From assembly GCA_038046645.1 (NCBI GenBank), contig JBBSVU010000022.1, positions 1 to 26,586 on the forward strand: DNA of 26,586 nt, read 5' to 3'. The notes under the pieces were generated by a model. It was not told where the DNA came from. It did not search any database and saw nothing but the letters and a program-made list of their open reading frames with translations. Of this stretch, positions 26,001 to 26,586 are shown piece by piece; within the stretch, counting starts at the first letter, position 1, and each line of letters opens with the position of its first letter. This DNA is from an archaeon (GTDB taxonomy: Archaea > Iainarchaeota > Iainarchaeia > Iainarchaeales > 0-14-0-20-34-12). The position numbers and the translations under genes are program-made.

Positions 26001-26586
26001 CTTGTCAAAACATAGATATCTGCCTGCGCTACCTTTCCGTGCTTGGTACCTGAATACGCATCTTTAATGTGCGAATAATTAGCCAAGGCCTTCTGCCACA
26101 AACCATCAATTTCCCTTTTCTTTGCAATCAAATAGGCCATCTCAGCCAGTTTTTCTTTGGGCAGTTCTTTTTTATCCAATGCTGCTTTATACTGCTCTGC
26201 CTGCACATTCAATGTTGCATTATTTAATGCAAGGGAAATAAGATTATCTTTGGAATCATCAGTTTCTGATTTTGGCATTTCCACATTTTTATAATAAATA
26301 GTCACCTTTGCTTTATTTTCCTGCTTTGAAATCATATCTGCATTCAAAACTAGGCCGGGGAAATTTTTTGAGGCTATTTCAAAATTGTCAATCTCAATAG
26401 GGATATCTTCTAAAGCAGCCTGCGCTTTTCCAGATGGGTCTGCTGCAGTTGGTGCTTGCTTTATTGTTTCATCAAATGTTTTTTGTTTTCTTTTACTAAT
26501 ATATTGCAACTCTGCCTTTATCCCTGATTCCGGATGCTCCTCTGAAAATTTAAGTATTTCATCATACAAATCCAGAAGGCTTTTTC
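23060..26586 (-). CDS. Large protein (>1170 aa, 5' end outside the window) with a zincin-like metallopeptidase motif
   Basis: The frame is open to the window edge (..KSLLDLYDE). TPR-like helices, hydrophobic segment MAAMTLITMGVGFFV, then AGGYF...GHELTHARF...DEGSAY. Confidence 0.8.
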   Translation of the reverse strand, partial: KSLLDLYDEILKFSEEHPESGIKAELQYISKRKQKTFDETIKQAPTAADPSGKAQAALEDIPIEIDNFEIASKNFPGLVLNADMISKQENKAKVTIYYKNVEMPKSETDDSKDNLISLALNNATLNVQAEQYKAALDKKELPKEKLAEMAYLIAKKREIDGLWQKALANYSHIKDAYSGTKHGKVAQADIYVLTSKQKSEQYLAVLEGFTNTEMAAMTLITMGVGFFVKLGAKASVYATRAQRLAAAGKSLPLVEASDAAKDVSKLGKLKSILNSPFDDLAARITAKPIMAYRTWNVNKLILKAKSAQSSFLHFILDIAPNEIPAIAQLPNYEATIAGRTMKIWDLEKSLLFDTGRGYLAVPKDPKTLSELVAKSKLLRKAFSYLEKNGIAASQDVEIMKELEAIMDQAAQLSKLKVSEIPEIKNFAEAVESIEESLEPVTAVTQAGLAPETVENLAAVSGNPLAFSNAANNAGLPQGLIARAERFSQTAQKEALSAVRRTFDSSVVAGFEADVPGFKGIVELGTRDPNAGGYFSKGIGGSGETLRVYTGSHVWTQGGEAQFIESLTGTVGHELTHARFASLPAEAQAEILEAYGNHPELVEQIYANLMEKGIYETNLHYPFAGLKTSNITPEVESLLVESGYKVPAVRIMPNGRAASLNTIVDEGSAYFNSRLFGKNLSNALYDLPDDIVQVLKKHGLFYPKKEAETIVEKAIDILEVSPAPYAKDLRAALGMEKTTTVATVVKVGSKAEGAISPIKVSEISLEGKLASNYPATVAQEQIPSALQGSLKGNINVIDITARGPEVRFFAGVKGGNKGLVTVDEKYFMSVKGSLWREPVDIVIGDLPQAASTTTSKSLAVLDAVERDMKLASSFNKTEKLPEMKAFVGNTAIETEAGVSVQKYRLDLAIKDSVLKANSEWTGLETLDAQLISVSDSKTFHTLFKKYAAGKPSTAEYVVFTDNETVLRVNKAAWEEAQRWVRGDTPSLITKGQNAGKVSWDISFLRRSEGKFLGKKIGNEIIIDEFAPEAIADDLAKASGYDTAVPVEYTSKTRALPSPAKVESAAASKPSVLFGGSNTQQFLVWSKTDKGVHQFGLLGQQQPFSSVSFAKGLSEDVIVLTDFDPEAVGYFIVREVPASQMGNNAVRVSLIEEGNSPTILIETTDIKRPIIIQRMQ

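Overview
AT-rich archaeal chromosomal segment. GGTGA Shine-Dalgarno motifs, TATA boxes about 25 nt upstream of starts, a four-subunit POR and a Nop2/Sun methylase suggest a DPANN archaeon, possibly Diapherotrites/Iainarchaeota (inference, not verified). Housekeeping and fermentation genes are a cDPG-synthetase/ArcE-like P-loop protein, acyP, a nucleoside/guanine deaminase, MarC, cutA, the four POR subunits, an m5C RNA methylase, nadE, eno and prs. These are interleaved with four apparently intact toxin-antitoxin modules (RelBE, MNT-HEPN, AbiE-like, VapBC), each with a visible operator, plus a RelE remnant. The most notable items are: (i) a three-gene surface-protein operon (lipoprotein plus two Cys-rich repeat proteins) whose last member carries a lysozyme/lytic-transglycosylase domain; (ii) a large, 5'-truncated protein with a zincin HExxH motif; (iii) two related IS200/IS605-type hairpin mini-elements, one interrupting a gene and one splitting a Shine-Dalgarno site; (iv) two structured intergenic regions in and after the POR operon, one showing compensatory base changes. 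All family calls come from motif recognition by eye; no database searches were run.
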